Origin: an uncultured virus (IMG/VR IMGVR_UViG_3300029787_005093)
Lineage: Duplodnaviria > Heunggongvirae > Uroviricota > Caudoviricetes
Virus record (IMG/VR): IMGVR_UViG_3300029787_005093
Direction: 5' to 3' (one strand)
DNA: 64,000 nucleotides
Shown here: positions 1 through 9,015 of the stretch, piece after piece
Numbering within the stretch: position 1 is the first letter of the stretch
How the letters are laid out: every line of letters begins with the position of its first letter
Position numbers and translations under genes: made by a program
The notes under the pieces: generated by a model
The model's input: only the letters and a program-made list of their open reading frames with translations
Database searches by the model: none
Told to the model about the DNA's origin: nothing

Positions 1-227
1 TGAGGGTTTTTACAATGAACCCAAAGCTTTCTATGATAATCTTCAAATAAAGATATTGGTATATTATATTGAGGTTCATCATGTCCTAATCTAAACTTTC
101 CATCTACAAACCAAACATCAACTTCTACATCATAACCTTGCCTTATAGCTTCCATAATATAATCAGGAGAGTTTTCTCTTTCCGGAATAGCTCCATCAAT
201 ATTACCTCTATGAGATATTAATATCAA
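1..227 (-). CDS. GDPD/PLC-like phosphodiesterase, truncated by the window edge; not in the ORF track
   Basis: Manual translation from TTG at 227: MILISHRGNIDGAIPERENSPDY...YDVEVDVW...LGHD. The HRG, EN, ExDV and HD motifs match the GDPD fold. Confidence 0.7.
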   Translation of the reverse strand, partial: MILISHRGNIDGAIPERENSPDYIMEAIRQGYDVEVDVWFVDGKFRLGHDEPQYNIPISLFEDYHRKLWVHCKNP

Positions 228-730
228 AATTCTTCTTTTATTTTTTCAACCCACTTACTAACTCTTTCTTGAGTAAGTTCATCTTGATTATCTTCATCTA
301 TACATAAACCGTAAAATGTATCTTTATCTACAAAAGCTTTAGAAGGTTTCATCCATCCGAAATCATATGTTTCGTCATTAGCAGTATATCCTACAAGCTT
401 ACCTCCATTTGCTAAAACTACCTTACCTAGTATTCCAATACCGTCACAAAACCATTCTGCATATCCTAACTGGTCTCCTAGTCCTAACATTGCAACTGTC
501 TTATTAGTAAAGTCTATAGTCTTAAATTCTTCGAAATAATCTTCCCAATCACTTTGAAGTTCACCATCATACCAAGTAGGTATTCCTAATATAAACTTAT
601 CATGATCCCAATCTTCAGATGTAAGATCTGAAACAGTAACAACTTCAGTATCTTCAAGTAACTTAGTTAAATCTTCTACTACTAATTCGGTATTACCAGT
701 ATCAGATCCATATATTATTTTTATCTTCAT
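224..730 (-). CDS. fldA: Long-chain flavodoxin
   Basis: YGSDTGNTE FMN-binding loop, PTWYDGELQSDW, GLGDQLGY, DEDNQ. Confidence 0.92.
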   Translation of the reverse strand: MKIKIIYGSDTGNTELVVEDLTKLLEDTEVVTVSDLTSEDWDHDKFILGIPTWYDGELQSDWEDYFEEFKTIDFTNKTVAMLGLGDQLGYAEWFCDGIGILGKVVLANGGKLVGYTANDETYDFGWMKPSKAFVDKDTFYGLCIDEDNQDELTQERVSKWVEKIKEEF

Positions 731-1080
731 AGTTCTTCTATACGTTTAGATTTATCATCAATTACTAAATCAAAATGAGGTTTAGTAGGCCGACAAAAAG
801 GTCCATCTCTGTAACCAGTAATTAAATCATGAAACTTACATCCCCACATTTTAAGTTGATCTCTTGTATATTGCCAATGATCTACTTTAGATACCGATCC
901 TCTAGCTGTCCAATAAGTTACATACCACCCATCATCATACAATTGATTTATTTTAGCTATATTTTCTATAATAGGTTCTGCTAAATCATATTTTCTTTCT
1001 CCTGGGTAAAATGAGATAGTTTCATCTATGTCAACTAATACTTTCTTTTGACCATCTGAAAATCTCTTGCTTGGTTTCAT
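727..1080 (-). CDS. Small HAD-superfamily phosphatase
   Basis: VDIDET (DxDxT), WTARG, KP..DLVIDDK motifs. Confidence 0.75.
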   Translation of the reverse strand: MKPSKRFSDGQKKVLVDIDETISFYPGERKYDLAEPIIENIAKINQLYDDGWYVTYWTARGSVSKVDHWQYTRDQLKMWGCKFHDLITGYRDGPFCRPTKPHFDLVIDDKSKRIEEL

Positions 1081-1631
1081 ATTAAATCTAATGGTTTATT
1101 TTTTCTATATTTCTTTTTTATATCTAAATCTTGTTTTAAAATTTCTCTATCTAAATTTAATCCTATCTTATCAACTGATTTATTAAAAGATACAAAATCT
1201 TTAGTATATAATTCTTCATAAACTAAATAAGGAATATCTAAATCCTTTGATAATTGTTTTATTGCTTCATGTTGCTCAACTGCCCTATCAAATATAGACT
1301 GATCTACAGGTTCCTCTATATCATAATAGTAAGGTTGATGAAATGATACTTCTAAGTTATGTCGAGTATAGTTAAAACTTTCATATACATTCATTATATT
1401 ATTCCTAGTCAATAAAATAACTTTATCATCTTTTTCTATACTCTCTTTTAACTGCTCTGCTCCTCCATAGTCATATAGTATGTGTTTAATTAATTTATTT
1501 TTATAAACGTTACCTTTACCATAATCGTAAGGTTCAAATATAGCTTGCTTTCTTAACTGTTTACCTATAGCTACAGTTAAAGAAGTAGAACCAGATCTAC
1601 CAGAAGCAATAACTATGATATTTTTCCCCAT
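1077..1631 (-). CDS. Sulfotransferase-like protein
   Basis: N-terminal GRSGSTSL PAPS-binding loop, FEP, ILLTR and YEEL motifs. Confidence 0.6.
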   Translation of the reverse strand: MGKNIIVIASGRSGSTSLTVAIGKQLRKQAIFEPYDYGKGNVYKNKLIKHILYDYGGAEQLKESIEKDDKVILLTRNNIMNVYESFNYTRHNLEVSFHQPYYYDIEEPVDQSIFDRAVEQHEAIKQLSKDLDIPYLVYEELYTKDFVSFNKSVDKIGLNLDREILKQDLDIKKKYRKNKPLDLI

Positions 1632-2794
1632 ATGTCTATGGCTTTAAAATATTCGTCTTTGTATTTTTTATCTAAACTCTGTCTCATAGCTTGAGCACCT
1701 GCTAAAGTACCGTTAGGATGTCCATGAATAGCTCCTCCTACATTAGCCATAAAGTCTTTTCCTACTTTTTTAGTTACATAATCAGTTAAGCCAGGATGGA
1801 AGCCGCAACTAAGTGCAGGCATAACATCATACTTATACAACTCCTTCATAGACCCTAATACTTCATCTTCATCCCATTTATAGTAACCACCAATCATTCC
1901 TGCATGTATAAAGTCGACTCCCATCATCCCAGCTAACTTACTGATTACTTTCCATTCTATATAGTAATCATGATTTCTATTTGTTAATATTTTATCTCCA
2001 CTCTTTTGGAAATGTATAAATATAGGAAGGTCTAATTCTCTTATAGATTTATATACTCCTAGACCACACCAGAAATTAACATGCACACTATTACCACCTA
2101 ACTTGTGTACTAACTTAACTCTATCTAAAATACGATGAGGATCAGAATGAATAGATACAGAGTATATAACATTTTTATCTTTTAGATAATCCATGATTAA
2201 AGGTACTCTTTCTTCTATAGAACAAAAAGAAGGATTAGATAATATTTCATCTTCTTTTATAAAATTAACTCCACCTTCTACTAATTCTTTTACCATTTGT
2301 AATAAAGTCTGAGGATCTATACCTGTTTTAGGTTTGACTATAGAACCTAACAAAGGTTTATTTTTTACTCCAGTAAACTTTCTTATACCTTTTATACCAA
2401 ATTTAGGACCTAAGAAATGTTTATGAACCGAAGGAGGAAACTCTATATCTAATACTTGACATTTAGTAATACACTCTATATCCATTTGACCTCCCATAAT
2501 ATTAACCAACATATGAGCAATACCATCAGTAGCAAAATCTATATTAATTATTGGAAATGCTATTTTTACTATACCTTCTTTCTGTTGGATTAAATTTTCT
2601 TCAGTATTTAAAATTATACATGAATGATTATTAAAGAGTTCATCTGTTTCCCATCTATTCCTTACGTTAGGATTACCAACGCTTTGTCCTATAGCTAACT
2701 GCCATGCTGCTTCTTTTAAGTTAGTAGTTGCACCTAATCTATAAGTAACTATAAAATACTTCTTTCTATCTATATTTAATTTAAAAATATCCAC
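1613..2794 (-). CDS. RuBisCO-like protein (form IV, RLP)
   Basis: GPKFGIKGIR, KPKTG, GVNFIKEDE (carbamylated-Lys motif), GVDFIHAG, GGAIHGHPNG. Confidence 0.9.
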   Translation of the reverse strand: MDIFKLNIDRKKYFIVTYRLGATTNLKEAAWQLAIGQSVGNPNVRNRWETDELFNNHSCIILNTEENLIQQKEGIVKIAFPIINIDFATDGIAHMLVNIMGGQMDIECITKCQVLDIEFPPSVHKHFLGPKFGIKGIRKFTGVKNKPLLGSIVKPKTGIDPQTLLQMVKELVEGGVNFIKEDEILSNPSFCSIEERVPLIMDYLKDKNVIYSVSIHSDPHRILDRVKLVHKLGGNSVHVNFWCGLGVYKSIRELDLPIFIHFQKSGDKILTNRNHDYYIEWKVISKLAGMMGVDFIHAGMIGGYYKWDEDEVLGSMKELYKYDVMPALSCGFHPGLTDYVTKKVGKDFMANVGGAIHGHPNGTLAGAQAMRQSLDKKYKDEYFKAIDIWGKIS

Positions 2795-3666
2795 TATACT
2801 AGTTCTTTTATTTGTTTTATTACTTGTTTATCAGTTAAGTAAGGATCTAAAGTTATATGTCCTTCTTTAAAATAATACTTAGGACCTAACTTAGGTTCTT
2901 TTAGTTTTTTTATTACACCATTAGGACCGTATAATTGGTGTACGAAATCTCCTGTAATAATAGTTCTCGTACCAACTCCAGCAGCTAAATTACATAATCC
3001 TCCTTCTGCTCCTACAAAAGCATCACAGTACTTCATTATAGAACATTCAAACAAAATAGACTTTTGATTTTCATCTCCTATACCAACTGTGTTAGCTTGT
3101 GACTTTCCTTTAACTCCTAGTTCTAATATAGTAAAGTCTTTTGAAAGTTCTCTTAATATAGTTTCAATATCTCTATTAGCGCCCCCATATCCTTTATTAG
3201 GTACATCTATACCTGCTTTATATTGTTTTTTATTAAATAAAAAAGTTCTTTCTTTCCAGTTACCCATTACTCCAATTACTTTTTTATTTTTAGGTAAAGT
3301 CATAAATAATTCTCTGACTTTAAGATCATACTCTTTATTAGTATATAATTTATAAGAAGGATCTAAATTTTTTAAACCAACTCTAGCTTTATATTCTGTT
3401 ACTGGTGGCTCTTCAAATCCTAAAGGACCTAAGTTTATTATCTTATCGTACCTAATTGGTACTTGATCTGGTCTAGTTACTGGACCGAAAGGTCTAGAAA
3501 CATAAACTGATCTTATAAATGGGTTATTTTTAATTAAAGATTTCATTTGAGGAAAACCTACTAGGTAGTCTACAGCTCCATACTCTTTGCTTAACTCTTC
3601 AGCTAAACCAGATGCAAATGCTATATCCCCAAAAAAACCGTGCGTTGTTACTAATACTTTACTCAT
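2794..3666 (-). CDS. GT9-like (heptosyltransferase-type) glycosyltransferase
   Basis: GFFGD near the N-terminus, NPFI, CDAFVGAEGGLCNLAAGVG resembling GT9 DSG.MHLAAA. Confidence 0.65.
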   Translation of the reverse strand: MSKVLVTTHGFFGDIAFASGLAEELSKEYGAVDYLVGFPQMKSLIKNNPFIRSVYVSRPFGPVTRPDQVPIRYDKIINLGPLGFEEPPVTEYKARVGLKNLDPSYKLYTNKEYDLKVRELFMTLPKNKKVIGVMGNWKERTFLFNKKQYKAGIDVPNKGYGGANRDIETILRELSKDFTILELGVKGKSQANTVGIGDENQKSILFECSIMKYCDAFVGAEGGLCNLAAGVGTRTIITGDFVHQLYGPNGVIKKLKEPKLGPKYYFKEGHITLDPYLTDKQVIKQIKELV

Positions 3667-4045
3667 AATTTTTATATGATTTTTCTTCTACTAATTGCGA
3701 GTTAGTAAGGATGTTAATTTCTTTTTTTACTTTACTACGTCTATCATTAGTTACATAAACTGAACGTGCAAGTTGTATAAATTCTTCATCGAATCTTTTT
3801 TCTCTTTCACAATCTCTAATCCAATCTTCTATATCCCACAATTGACTATTATATTTTGCTAATTCTAAATATAAATTTTGCATTTTTGATCCATACTCTT
3901 CAAATATTTTAACACATAAAGGATTAAGAGTATAAAATTCTTTTTGAATATTAGATAATTTATCTTTGTCTTCAATCTTAAGCATCTTTAATTCTAAAAT
4001 AGATATTTTATCTAATAATTCTCCAGGTGATACTTCTACTAACAT
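3659..4045 (-). CDS. DUF6165-like protein, often beside GT9 genes
   Basis: SPGELLDKISILELK, LWDIED, NDRR..KKEIN, EEKSY motifs. Confidence 0.65.
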   Translation of the reverse strand: MLVEVSPGELLDKISILELKMLKIEDKDKLSNIQKEFYTLNPLCVKIFEEYGSKMQNLYLELAKYNSQLWDIEDWIRDCEREKRFDEEFIQLARSVYVTNDRRSKVKKEINILTNSQLVEEKSYKNYE

Positions 4046-4755
4046 ATTTTAAAGTTTTTAATTTTTAACCAAGTAGCTTTTTCCCATCCTTCTTCAGAAA
4101 AGTTAAATGTTTTTACTTCTGCTTCTAGCTCTTTAAAACCAATTTGTGGTTTATCTTTATTATATTCATTAAGAAGTTTATGATTATTAATAAAATCTGG
4201 GTCATCCATAGGAGGACAATTATCAGTATGATCTAAAGCATAAAATAATCCTTGTTCATGTCTAAAGCATTGTAAGTTTTTATTAGCTAATCTTAATCTA
4301 GTTTCTTCTTCTTCTTTACCCCATCCAATATATAAAGGATTAAATCCATTTATAGCTTCCATATGAGCTCTTGAAAGCATAAATACTCCTCCCCAGTGAT
4401 TACCTACATCTTGATAAAAGTGCTTGTACCCATCTGGAATATCTTTTAATCTTTTAGGTTTATTATCTTCATCTAAAAATAATACTCTCCTAACTGGATA
4501 GGTAGGTGAGTTATTTATTAATTCATATTTTACATCTTCACTAGGTACATAATCTACGTCATGAAAAATTATTGTATCTCCTTTACTATATTGAAATCCT
4601 ATATTGTAAAGAGAAGATAATCTAAACTTACTATTATCATCTTGTTCAGCTATAATAATTTCATACTCTTTACCTGCAAACCTTTCATGTAGAACTGGCA
4701 TTAGTAGCTCTATATGATTCTTTCTATCTCTATATGGAATAATAATACTATACAT
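4039..4755 (-). CDS. GT7 (beta-1,4-galactosyltransferase-like) glycosyltransferase
   Basis: IIPYRDR, FHDVD, GGV, NGF, GWGKEE motifs. Confidence 0.8.
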   Translation of the reverse strand: MYSIIIPYRDRKNHIELLMPVLHERFAGKEYEIIIAEQDDNSKFRLSSLYNIGFQYSKGDTIIFHDVDYVPSEDVKYELINNSPTYPVRRVLFLDEDNKPKRLKDIPDGYKHFYQDVGNHWGGVFMLSRAHMEAINGFNPLYIGWGKEEEETRLRLANKNLQCFRHEQGLFYALDHTDNCPPMDDPDFINNHKLLNEYNKDKPQIGFKELEAEVKTFNFSEEGWEKATWLKIKNFKIC

Positions 4756-5587
4756 TTAACTCTGGTATTCTATCGTATTGGTGTACAAAAATATATTCTT
4801 TTCCATCATGCGTATAAACTTTACCGTCTTTAATATATGGTTCAGGTTCATTAAGCTTTTTTAAATTATCAGGTTTAGTTTTATCCATAAACGTTCCACA
4901 GTGCATAGCTAATCCTTCTTCAGATTTAGTTGATTTAACTTTATCAAACCAAACAGTCTTTAACATTAAATTCATACCTACTTGATCTGCTACTTGATGT
5001 CCAATACCTAATAAGTAATTAAATAATGCAAAATCTTTAACTGCTTCTGCATATCCTCCTAAAACTCCTACGTTATATATTGTTTCGTTTTGAACTTCTC
5101 TATAAAAGTAAGGACCAAAGTTTTTTAAGAAAGTATTTTTACCCCAAGGTTCATTTTCGAATGTAAGTCCTTCAGAAACAAAAGTTAATAATTTATCTCC
5201 AAGGTTATTATCTAACCATTTGATAGGGTCTCCCTGTAAATAAACGTCTCTAACATCAGTTATAAAGACATACTTATACTTACCTATATTGTCTGCTAAT
5301 AATTGATAGGTATGAAAGAATCTTACATTATGAACTAACGTATAACTATCAGTTACGCTTACATTTCCTGTATTAGGATTAAATTTTTCTACTTTGTTAC
5401 CAAAATGATCATGTTGTATACTGTAGGAAATTATACCTTGATCTTTTATATACTGTTTTACTTCATCTGTACTTCCATAATCTAATAATATAATATCTCC
5501 TTTGAAATGCTCTTTAGTAGATTCAATCCATTTATCAATCTGATTGATATTTAAGTCACAAATAGCACCTAATATTAAATTATTCAT
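4748..5587 (-). CDS. Putative GT-A glycosyltransferase
   Basis: ITDVRDVYLQGDP DxxD-type motif, NVGVLGG, DQ, VHQYDR. Confidence 0.55.
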   Translation of the reverse strand: MNNLILGAICDLNINQIDKWIESTKEHFKGDIILLDYGSTDEVKQYIKDQGIISYSIQHDHFGNKVEKFNPNTGNVSVTDSYTLVHNVRFFHTYQLLADNIGKYKYVFITDVRDVYLQGDPIKWLDNNLGDKLLTFVSEGLTFENEPWGKNTFLKNFGPYFYREVQNETIYNVGVLGGYAEAVKDFALFNYLLGIGHQVADQVGMNLMLKTVWFDKVKSTKSEEGLAMHCGTFMDKTKPDNLKKLNEPEPYIKDGKVYTHDGKEYIFVHQYDRIPELNV

Positions 5588-6129
5588 CCTATTTTAAATT
5601 CTTTTATTATCTGTTCTTTAAAAGATTCGAATCCAAGTTTAGCATATTTAAGCCATTGGTCTTGACTTCCATCATCACTAACCCATTTATATGAATATAC
5701 GATTTTTTCTGCTAAAATACAACTTTGAACTATAGAATAAAGTTCCATTTCTACTATGTCACATTCATTAATTTTATCAGAATAACTATCTAAATGTTTA
5801 TCTGAAGGATCATACATATGATCAGTAGTAAGACATTTTACTCCTTTAAATTTACCAGGTAAAAATAACTCAGGAGGATTATAAAATCCTTTTGTATCTA
5901 TATCGTTAACTACTGAAGTTACTCTTAAAACTTCTCCTAACTCAAAATCTCTTAAATTTCCACAAGAACCAAAATTAATTACTACATCAGGGTCATACTT
6001 TTCTATAAGTCTTGTAGTTTGTACACCAGCATTAATTTTACCTATCCCTGTTAAATGAATAGGAACTCCATTTATTTCTTTACAATTATGTTCATAATCT
6101 GTAGCTGAAAGTAATAAAATATTAAGCAT
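5584..6129 (-). CDS. MTA/SAH nucleosidase-like (PNP/UDP family)
   Basis: TGIGKINA, INFGSCG, VEMEL, KWVSD motifs. Confidence 0.75.
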   Translation of the reverse strand: MLNILLLSATDYEHNCKEINGVPIHLTGIGKINAGVQTTRLIEKYDPDVVINFGSCGNLRDFELGEVLRVTSVVNDIDTKGFYNPPELFLPGKFKGVKCLTTDHMYDPSDKHLDSYSDKINECDIVEMELYSIVQSCILAEKIVYSYKWVSDDGSQDQWLKYAKLGFESFKEQIIKEFKIG

Positions 6130-6610
6130 AGCTAATTACTGATTTTATTTTATCTTCTGTTATTCCTATATCAACTAATGCTATCTTATCTAAAAGTGAA
6201 TAACCTCCTTCTTCTACAAGACGTTCTGCAGCTTTAATTGTTCCTCCAGTAGCGTATACATCATCTACTATTACTACTGTACCTTTTCCTTTTTTCATTT
6301 CAATCATATCAACTCCATATTCTAATTGATAACTAGTATTTACTAAATCTACTCTAGGCAACTTACCCCACTTTCTAATTAATTTAACTCCACCACCAAA
6401 ATGAATTGATAAAGCAGCAGCAAATAAAAATCCTCTTGACTCTATACCTACCCAGTAATCTGGTACCTCTGGAGTTAAAGTTCCTAAATCTATTATAGCT
6501 TGTTGAAATATATTATCATTAGCTAATAGTGGTTGTATATCTCTATATAAAATACCTTCTTGAGGATGGTTAGGTATATCGTCTATATATTTTTTATAAT
6601 GTGCTCTCAT
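6122..6610 (-). CDS. apt: Adenine phosphoribosyltransferase
   Basis: GILYRDI, GIESRGF, RK.GKLP, YQLEYG, VDDVYATGGT. Confidence 0.9.
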   Translation of the reverse strand: MRAHYKKYIDDIPNHPQEGILYRDIQPLLANDNIFQQAIIDLGTLTPEVPDYWVGIESRGFLFAAALSIHFGGGVKLIRKWGKLPRVDLVNTSYQLEYGVDMIEMKKGKGTVVIVDDVYATGGTIKAAERLVEEGGYSLLDKIALVDIGITEDKIKSVISYA

Positions 6611-7263
6611 GTAATATACTTTTTATTAATATAAACAAAATCTTCTTGTATTGGTCTGTAATATTCCATATCAAAATTTTTAAAAAATTGAGATGACTGT
6701 CCTACTTTTAATCCTCTCTGATATCCTATTTCAGTCATATAGTTATCTACTTCTTGAGCTTTAGGAGCTCCTATGTTATAATCAACGTAAGACATTTCTA
6801 AAATAATCATTACAGCTTTTTCTATTAACTTAGTACCTCCTCTCATTATATCAACTTCAGATCCCTGAGTATCCATTTTAATCATATCAAAACCTCCTTC
6901 ATCACCAAATATATTATTTAAAGTATTAGTAGTACGATTTTCAATTATAACATTATCATCATTAAAATACTTAGTTTTTTCTCTATATATTGAATTGCCT
7001 GTGCTAGTTGCTTGATCTTTTTGTTTATAAAATTTAACTTCTTTTATTTCGTCACTTAATAAAGTCATGGCATAAGGAAAGCCTATCTTTTTTAAATGCT
7101 TTTCACATTGAGTAGTCCCTTCAATCATAAAAACATCTACTTCAGGCCAAACTTCTCTACATTCAGCTGCAAATTCTCCAACTTGTGCTCCTACATCTAA
7201 AATAGTTCTAGGATTAAAAGTATAAAAATCTTTTATATTATTTATATCTATTCCTGTAGCCAT
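6607..7263 (-). CDS. FkbM-family methyltransferase
   Basis: LDVGAQVG, IKMDTQGSE motifs. Confidence 0.85.
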   Translation of the reverse strand: MATGIDINNIKDFYTFNPRTILDVGAQVGEFAAECREVWPEVDVFMIEGTTQCEKHLKKIGFPYAMTLLSDEIKEVKFYKQKDQATSTGNSIYREKTKYFNDDNVIIENRTTNTLNNIFGDEGGFDMIKMDTQGSEVDIMRGGTKLIEKAVMIILEMSYVDYNIGAPKAQEVDNYMTEIGYQRGLKVGQSSQFFKNFDMEYYRPIQEDFVYINKKYIT

Positions 7264-7370
7264 TACATTTTAAAAGATTCTAATATATACATTTGCTGCA
7301 ACCAATATTTTATTTCTTTAGGTATTCTAATAAAAATTACTCTAAACCATATTACTATATCTCTAATCAT
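7263..7370 (-). CDS. Small hypothetical protein (35 aa); not in the ORF track
   Basis: MIRDIVIWFRVIFIRIPKEIKYWLQQMYILESFKM fills the gap, with ATGA and TAATG overlaps on both neighbours. Confidence 0.5.
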   Translation of the reverse strand: MIRDIVIWFRVIFIRIPKEIKYWLQQMYILESFKM

Positions 7371-7612
7371 CTCCAAGGTAGCATTGTCATGCCTATTTTA
7401 TTTAATATAAATTCTATTACTACTACAAATAATAATCCTCCTACAATCTGCCAAGCCCAGAACTTCCATCCAGTTAGACCTTCTTGCCATTTCCGGAACT
7501 TACTTTTCTTTGCCCATTCATAAACACCTAACTTAGCATTTATTTTATCAGCATACCATCCTGGGTCGAATAGATTACCAAATGCTATTAGTATTTTTCT
7601 TACTATTTTCAT
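7367..7612 (-). CDS. Small membrane protein
   Basis: C-terminal hydrophobic segment; overlaps neighbours in operon style. Confidence 0.55.
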   Translation of the reverse strand: MKIVRKILIAFGNLFDPGWYADKINAKLGVYEWAKKSKFRKWQEGLTGWKFWAWQIVGGLLFVVVIEFILNKIGMTMLPWR

Positions 7613-7938
7613 TGTTTGAATGCACTTATTGATTTAATTAATCCATCTGAGGTTACTGTGATAAGATCTACTACTTTTAATGTTGCTAAATTATCTATAT
7701 CAATATCTATAACACAAGTAAATTTATCTTTAGCTCCAAAAATATCTTTAACAGTTACATCTATTACTTCTACTGAGGTAAATATTTCATGAAAGGCTTG
7801 TACTGTATCTCTAAAACCTTCTACGTTAATATCCCAATCTTTTAAAGTAATATCTTTATGAAAAAGATCTTCTAATCCATCTAAATCTTTATTAGAAAAT
7901 AATTTAAAATACTTCTCTATAATGTTATAATGTCTCAT
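7609..7938 (-). CDS. SnoaL/NTF2-like protein
   Basis: YFKLFSNKDLDGLEDLF..D..L.DW pattern and size. Confidence 0.65.
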   Translation of the reverse strand: MRHYNIIEKYFKLFSNKDLDGLEDLFHKDITLKDWDINVEGFRDTVQAFHEIFTSVEVIDVTVKDIFGAKDKFTCVIDIDIDNLATLKVVDLITVTSDGLIKSISAFKQ

Positions 7939-8548
7939 AATATTCGTTTTGTTTTTCTTGTCTTGTTATTTCTTTATGATGATATAATGCAGATGCTTCT
8001 TCAGAAGGAAGATGTGCATAGGTTTTATATCCATCTAATTTTTCATGGACTTTTTTAATCCATTTTATCTCAGGTTTATTTTTATAAATTCGCCATTGGT
8101 AATCAGGCCAGTTTATCCAACCTTTATCATCTACATTCCAGTTCCACTTTTGAATATGTTTTTCTGTTAATCCTTTAACTGTGTTAACTCTAGGTACTCT
8201 TAGAATATCTACTGTAGGGTTACCTTGAAGTATAAGGTGTAAACTTTTTATTAATGCTTCGTTAGGTATTTCGTCAGCATCAATCTGAAATATATAATCT
8301 CCAGAGCACATTTTATTCAACTTATTTTTCCAATTGGCAAAGTGACCTTCGAATTCACCTGGCATCCAAGCTATTTCACAATTGACTGACTTAGCTCTAA
8401 GGTATTGTTCTATACCTTCTTCACCATTTGCTATGTCATATAATATAACAATTTCATCCTCGTGTCTTTTATGCTTTAAAAGAAAAGAAACAAGATTTTG
8501 AATTTCTACAAATTCATTACAAACAGTAATTGCATAACTAATTTTCAT
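7925..8548 (-). CDS. GT2 glycosyltransferase
   Basis: ISYAITVCNE, FQIDADE, WPDYQWRI, VHE. Confidence 0.85.
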   Translation of the reverse strand: MKISYAITVCNEFVEIQNLVSFLLKHKRHEDEIVILYDIANGEEGIEQYLRAKSVNCEIAWMPGEFEGHFANWKNKLNKMCSGDYIFQIDADEIPNEALIKSLHLILQGNPTVDILRVPRVNTVKGLTEKHIQKWNWNVDDKGWINWPDYQWRIYKNKPEIKWIKKVHEKLDGYKTYAHLPSEEASALYHHKEITRQEKQNEYYETL

Positions 8549-9014
8549 TTTGTTGTGGTTCTACTTGTATTTGAAAGAAACCTATATACTCTAAAGCATC
8601 CATGAAACCTTTATCCTTATCAAAAGCTTTCATATTTTCCATATCCATTTTAAACTCCTGTCCTTGAGGATACTTACCTGAATCTATTTCTTCTTTAGTT
8701 AATTTTTTAGTTAGAACTCCAGACCATTTCCAATCTTCTTTACCGCTACCGTCAGCAAACACCATTCCTTGACCTGGAAGAGTAATAGTAGCTGGAAACC
8801 ATACTCTACCTTCTTTATCAATATGTTTAATATCTTTGTAAAGCTCTGGGGAAGTTTCAATAGTATCTTTTACTAATTGAGAATCTTCTTTCATTAATGT
8901 AGATGTAGTATAACCACTACCCATACACATCCAAGTAGTAGTATTTGCATCTACTACATTTTCATAACATGCATTACTACCAAAAGGACCTTCTACTAAT
9001 TTATCTTTATTCAT
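8538..9014 (-). CDS. Hypothetical protein
   Basis: ORF tightly packed in the operon; no recognised family. Confidence 0.6.
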   Translation of the reverse strand: MNKDKLVEGPFGSNACYENVVDANTTTWMCMGSGYTTSTLMKEDSQLVKDTIETSPELYKDIKHIDKEGRVWFPATITLPGQGMVFADGSGKEDWKWSGVLTKKLTKEEIDSGKYPQGQEFKMDMENMKAFDKDKGFMDALEYIGFFQIQVEPQQNEN

Positions 9015-9015
9015 A

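Noticed and set aside
1613..2794. CO2-fixing RuBisCO
   Set aside because: The K334 and H294 equivalents appear substituted, and no phosphoribulokinase or small subunit is present
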